A stretch of DNA of 59,439 nucleotides, the filler included, from Platydemus manokwari (taxonomy: Eukaryota), in assembly GCA_037951405.1 (NCBI GenBank). It is 5 parts of 5 records of this genome, joined end to end, with 100 filler letters (N's around TTAATTAATTAA, not from the genome) between each part and the next. Parts side by side here need not be neighbours in the genome. Positions count along the whole stretch, not along the records: positions 47,122 to 59,439 come from JBBMOY010192228.1; 4 more parts are not named here. One strand, written 5' to 3'. A program made the position numbers and the translations under genes. Below the pieces are notes generated by a model. It worked only from the letters and a program-made list of their open reading frames with translations, did not search any database and had not been told where the DNA came from. Positions 53,890-59,439 of this stretch are shown piece by piece (the first letter of the stretch is position 1; the number at the start of each line of letters is the position of its first letter).

Positions 53890-54888
53890 ATGCAACCAAA
53901 TTCTTTCGTTAAGCTATCGATCAATTGTACCAAAAACACGAAAGAAAGTGCAATCTTTCAATATCATGAAATCATTCAATTGTATCTGTTACCAACGAAC
54001 GTATTCTGCAATCTCGTTAGTTTGTTTATTTTCATCAGATTTAAAATGATAAAGAATTCAATGATGTACCAGATTCTCGCTACATTTTCGCTAATAGAAA
54101 TATTGTTCGGTTTGTTTGGCTTAATTTATAGATATTTTAATTATTTTCATTTCAATGCTTATTTAATCAAATCCGGATTGATATCGCTTCTTACAAGTGA
54201 AATCATCATGCAATTACTGTTGTACTTATATCGAAGTATGATGGTTAATCGAAATTGGCTGATAACGATTGCAGCTGCTTATCGATATGAGGCAATTTGT
54301 TGCTTATATAGCAATAGGAAAATATTCACAAAAAATGGATTGAGAAATTGTCTGTGGTGTTGTATGATCGGTAGTTTGGCGATTTGTATTCCAAGCGTCA
54401 TTGCTGAAGGTCGATTGTATTGTAAGGATAACTTCATTATTATAAAAACAATAGAAGTTTATGGAAAATCCAAATGGTATTCAATTTTTTACTTGAATGG
54501 CTTATTGTTTCTGGGCACAATAATATTACCAGCAATTTTCGTTATTGCTTTCACGATTGGCATTGCTAAAAATCTCCAGAAGCACGGCTTGGTGCGATCG
54601 CGATTGCTATCAACTCGGAATTTGATGGCAAATAATAATAATAAGTTTGGATCGTCGAATAAAGTCGTCATAATCCTATGCATAATTTTTGTTGTCCTAG
54701 AATTACCGTATTGTATCAGTACGGTGTTTCATTCACTGCAAGTTCTGTCAAAGACATCCGAAGAATCATTCATCTTAGTGACAAATCTTTTCGTTCATTT
54801 TGATTCGACATTTAATGTTTTTATTTATTTCATTTCCAATGCGACTTTCCGACAGAATTTTAGAGCTATTTTTATAAAGAAACCATAG
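53890..54888 (+). CDS. Rhodopsin-like GPCR resembling invertebrate peptide/FMRFamide-receptor-like orphans, single coding exon, 332 aa
   Basis: 7TM profile; TM1 Asn (FCNLVS), TM3 NWLITIAAAYRYEAIC, TM4 Pro (CIP), TM5 ILP, TM6 LELPY, and TM7 DSTFNVFIYFISNATFRQNF. A polypyrimidine-CAG acceptor near 53620-53633 suggests a 5'-UTR intron. Confidence 0.9.
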   Translation: MQPNSFVKLSINCTKNTKESAIFQYHEIIQLYLLPTNVFCNLVSLFIFIRFKMIKNSMMYQILATFSLIEILFGLFGLIYRYFNYFHFNAYLIKSGLISLLTSEIIMQLLLYLYRSMMVNRNWLITIAAAYRYEAICCLYSNRKIFTKNGLRNCLWCCMIGSLAICIPSVIAEGRLYCKDNFIIIKTIEVYGKSKWYSIFYLNGLLFLGTIILPAIFVIAFTIGIAKNLQKHGLVRSRLLSTRNLMANNNNKFGSSNKVVIILCIIFVVLELPYCISTVFHSLQVLSKTSEESFILVTNLFVHFDSTFNVFIYFISNATFRQNFRAIFIKKP

Positions 54889-55239
54889 AAAAATCGATTA
54901 TTTATTCAATAATCATCAAGTTGGTTTATAATTATTTTACAATTGGTTTTTTCCTCGATTTATTTTTATCATGATTTGTTTTGATTAACAAATTCATTGT
55001 GACTACTCTGTGGGATTAATAAGTTGTAAGATTTATTTATTGAAAAATTATTATATTTTGGTTTTTCTCTAAATAAGTGAGGATTTTTTGAAATTATTAA
55101 TGTAACCGTTTTCCATTTTTGTATCTACTTTAACTCAGATAAAATATAGAGTTCTTACTTTTAAAATGTTTCTTTTATTTACACGACAACTTCTAATTAA
55201 AATATTAAGAGTTTTTAATTATAAACATAACCGTCTGGA

Positions 55240-56170
55240 TAACGAATCGCAAAAGTCATCACGTCAGCTTTAAATTGAATTATTAAGATTGATATGTCTG
55301 ATATATCTGATTCGAGATTTCTTCATTTTAAGTCTTCTCATTCGCTTTACGAAATTTCCGAGTAGTTCTGTTATACACTAGTTGTTTTGATTGGCCAGTT
55401 CTGGAGAGTTAGTATTCGTTCCTCACAGACATTCTTTGGTTTTCTTTGGTCCTTGTGAGCCTTGTAAGTTGCTTAGGCATCTCTGAGCAATATCGTTATT
55501 GAGAACCCCGAAATAAAACAGATTTGCTTTTTATCGAAGTCTGATATTTGGTAGGAATTTGTGATTATGAAACTCCCAAGACTCAATTACACTAATGCAG
55601 ATACATTAGATAAGTTTCTAATCTCTTTGGTAATGGTTCTGTATTTTTCGTGATTGAGAAATCGATGACGCTGAAATTTGTTGCTCTTATCATAATGAAT
55701 TTTGAAGTTTATTATGTAAGATTGACGTTTGCTTTTAGTTCGTAACACCAAGTCCGGCCGCAGTATACTCTTAGATTCCGGTAGTGCTGTATCGATGTCC
55801 GAGTCGAAGCATAGTGTCTGTAGATAATTTCATATATGATCCTGGATCATCGCACGACGCTTTGCTTGGAACAACTGGATAGTGGATAAAAACATGAGGA
55901 TCAGTTTCTTGTTATTTGTTGCAACACCGGGAGAGTGTTGATATCACAACATATACTAAAACAGGAAAATCGATATTATAATTGTAGAGAAGTTCACTTA
56001 CAATTTAATAAGATCGTCAAAGTGCAACATTTATAAATATGTTATGGGCGCTGATTTCTTGTCTTCCATATATTCTTTTTTTATTAAAACAGTCTGAAAA
56101 ATAGCCTATTGATAAATTTGGTTCTCGATGTTTGTTCTCTCATGTTGGTGTTACTGGTTAAAGACACAGA
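55240..56170 (-). mobile_element. 3' fragment of a NeSL/R2-group element related to the 3230-7370 copy
   Basis: RCCNK*QETDPHVFIHYPVVP aligns with RKCQTQPETDSHIFIHCPAVP, followed by LRPDLVLR..YIINFKIHYD..EKY and SW (RLE). Confidence 0.8.
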
Positions 56171-56827
56171 CAAGTATTTCAATCGCTTTTGTGAAAATTA
56201 GAAAGACCTTGTAGAATAATTTAATTTAACAATGGATTATATACACACAAGCATATATATAATCTCTCCATTAATTGAAAAGTTTTCTTAGAAAAATATT
56301 CATTCTTCTCTTCGGATTTTATTCATGTTGAACTATTTCTTTAACAAAATGTCTGCTGTCCTGAACAACAAGGGATTATTAAATCTCGAAATAATGCATT
56401 TCCTAGTTATTTGGGTTGTTTAAATTTATTCAGGAATACTAAGAGATTATGTTTTAATTGACCAATAAAATTTTATAGTTTAAAAGGTTATTGGTTTACT
56501 TTGTCAACAAATTTAAAAGTAATGTTCAGGTGAAATTTTTCATGTTTTATAAATATCAAATAGTATTGAGGGTTTTCTCTTCAGTATATCTGGATGACTT
56601 TTCAAATAATTTATAAGATGAAGTTTCATTAAAATGGTTTTATTAAAGTAAAGAATTACAGTTTTAATTTCATTATAAGGAGTACATGTTTATTAGAATA
56701 ATTATTAATTGTCGTTATGATTTAATCACATTTCTATGAGAATATGTGCAATTAAACAATTTATATAAATAAATACAGTGTTGGGTGAGATGAAATTCTG
56801 CAATTAGAAAAACGGATTTGCATGTTG

Positions 56828-57195
56828 GAACCCTTGTTGAAGCACTTTAAACATTTGCATGCCTACACGACCATACAGGTATAGCAATCAGTTAATCATA
56901 GTGAAATAGGATGTTAAACGAAATTTGGAAAAGGGTCATAGTTACACAATTGACCAATCCCACTCATGCAAAAACTTAAAAACCGAATAAGAACTGGGAA
57001 AAGCAAATATCGAGTCAAGATATAATAAAAATTGACACAAAAATTACACACAGATCGCGAATATAAAAATCGATGTTAACATGGTCAACTGTCAGATAGA
57101 AGCCAAGTTTTGGTTGATATTTTGTGAAATATAATTTAAGTGTAAGTATCCTGAGTAGTGCGCAAGAAAATATATTATTATCATTCTATTTGGGA
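56828..57195 (+). repeat. Dispersed interspersed repeat, copy B
   Basis: Homologous to 41618-41990. Confidence 0.85.
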
Positions 57196-59439
57196 ATCAG
57201 AATTTAGTTAATTGTTCAGAAGTATCCCAACAACAGGATGTATTTAATAAACTGATCATATCTATTTGTAAAGTTTGGATCTACTCAAATTTAACCTATT
57301 TTATTCCTAAATTTGCACTAATTGAATCAAGATCTAAAAGGAATTTATCATACAGGAAAAAGACTTTACTTAATAACTGTCTTTAGCCTTTCAAACGAAG
57401 ATACAGTCCTGAATTTCTCTTGGAAATATAATTTTGGTTGCTATAAAATTTCTCTCTTATTAAGTACGGTAGCAATACAATCCCAATCAGTAGATTTAAT
57501 GACTCTATCAAAAGTACTTTTACAGATGCTTTAAAGCTTATGCAGCTACAAATGTTTCAAAAGGAAATACTCCGGATAAAACACAATTTCTATCTTAGTT
57601 TATTTATCAAGCTGAATGGCAATTTTTAGAGATATCTTCGATCTATAAATAAATATAATCTATATTATATTTATAATTCCTATTTAATATTACTAAAAGT
57701 ATTATAGTTTGTTATTACGTATTATAAAACATATAAATTTATATTTCTTTTATAATAGTATTTTATTTTAAATATTTCCTTGAATTGAATTTTATTATAT
57801 ATGATTAGTTTTCTTTTCATTCATGTTTTTATAATTGTCTTTATAATGTCTGTTTTACTTTTACTTTAATTACGTTTTTTTTGGTTTATTCTAAATTGGG
57901 GATATCTATTAATCAGAACATAATGTAGTGATTCAGTAGTGTTACTATAATTCATTAATTAGATTCTCTTGTATCTGTGTTTTTATGGGATAAAGAATTT
58001 CAGTAAAGAAGAGGCATAAGCAATTCACATAATGGATTTAAACAAAATATGTCACTGTTGTTTGAGGGAATATAACATGTGCTATAAGAGGCCATTTCAA
58101 TTTAAGATGTAATTTAGAAAGCTTATCACCAATTGGTTGGAAATTATATGTAATATTTATATATTATGATTAAAGAAAGTATCAGTTAACGATAAAACTA
58201 GGTTAGATTATGTCCCAAAAAGACCAAATCGGTTTTAAGTTGCGCTTTTAAATATAAATCAGAGAAATAAATAACAATCATTTCATACATCTTTTATCAT
58301 TATTAATATTATTACTAACTTGGTTATTGATGTTTATATCATAATATGATAGTCATTATTCATATTGTCATTATTACCGCTATCTAATTTATTTAAAATA
58401 AATTTGAGAATCTCAACCCACAAATATATTTCGTCATAATATTCAAACAAATTGTATAAAACTATTTTCAGTCCTTGATAGTTTTTAATAAAATTTGATA
58501 ATTTTTTTATTTTAATTAATTATTTACAAATTGTTTATCACAATTTTAAATAGCTCAAAATTGAAATTATTGTTTATTTTATTATCTTATTAATTTTAAT
58601 AAAATAATAATATACTTTTAATTTAATAAATCAATTTAAAATATTCATGTTGAAAAATGTTCAACGATATTTTTATAAATTGTTTTTGTTTTATGATGCA
58701 AAATCAAGGTCAAAATAATAATAATTTGAAATGGGTAAAATGGTCACCAATAGTTTTGTTTATTTTTCCATTTTAATTCGATACTAAACTTTAACGAAAC
58801 AATTGTTTATTTTATTCATCATTATTATTTGAAATATTAAACGTCATTAGATGACAATTATTGAAATTATCCAACATGTCAATACTAGAAATCTTTTAAT
58901 CATAACCAATCGTAACAGAATGAATAGACTAGATAAATTCATTTGTCATTTGATTATTAGAAATGAAATGATTCAACAATGCTACTGCTCACACTGCTTT
59001 TAAAATTAAATAGAATTCATTTTCTAAGCATAATGATTTCTTTAATTATTTTGTTTTCCATTCAATATCGCATTGTGATTATCATTTTACAATAGATTCA
59101 TTCATCGAACTATTTCAGATGTGTATGCCAATCTTTTATTTCCATGTTTTGAAAATAGAAAATCTTAACGATTTTTTACAAAAATAATCTTTAATAATTA
59201 TGAAAATTGTAAAGATAAACATACTGAATAGAAATTGTATGAATTTCAATGATTGTCATTATTAGCGATGTAGATAAACAAACACTATTTATTAGTGCAT
59301 CAATAATAATTTCAAATACCATTATTTTTTAGCTTTTTCATGATAAAATTTGTTAATATTTTAAGTTAGTGTTTAAATTATAATTCTAATAAAACATTTT
59401 TATTATTATATGGTCTAAAAATAATTTTGATTTCAATGT

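Overview
AT-rich eukaryotic scaffold, almost certainly an invertebrate animal, with very short (about 40-60 bp) GT-AG introns. It has four 100-bp gaps carrying an artificial TTAATTAATTAA linker and one 10-N gap. Host genes are two single-coding-exon rhodopsin-type GPCRs (578-1480 minus, 53890-54888 plus), the 3' end of a divergent protein disulfide isomerase (CEKC motif, KDEL end), a small secreted C-type-lectin-like gene, and a 6-exon ankyrin/SOCS-box (ASB-like) gene. Much of the rest is decayed transposons: three NeSL/R2-group non-LTR elements (one near full length with a Ulp1-like cysteine protease domain), two Merlin/ISXO2 relics sharing an apparent 40-bp spliceosomal intron, mariner and Tc1/rosa relics, piggyBac and hAT relics and MITEs, Gypsy and LINE relics, and a mosaic tandem/inverted repeat at 43.2-45.2 kb. 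I found no rRNA, tRNA, CRISPR or prokaryotic system. All calls are from manual translation and motif recognition, and TE boundaries are approximate.
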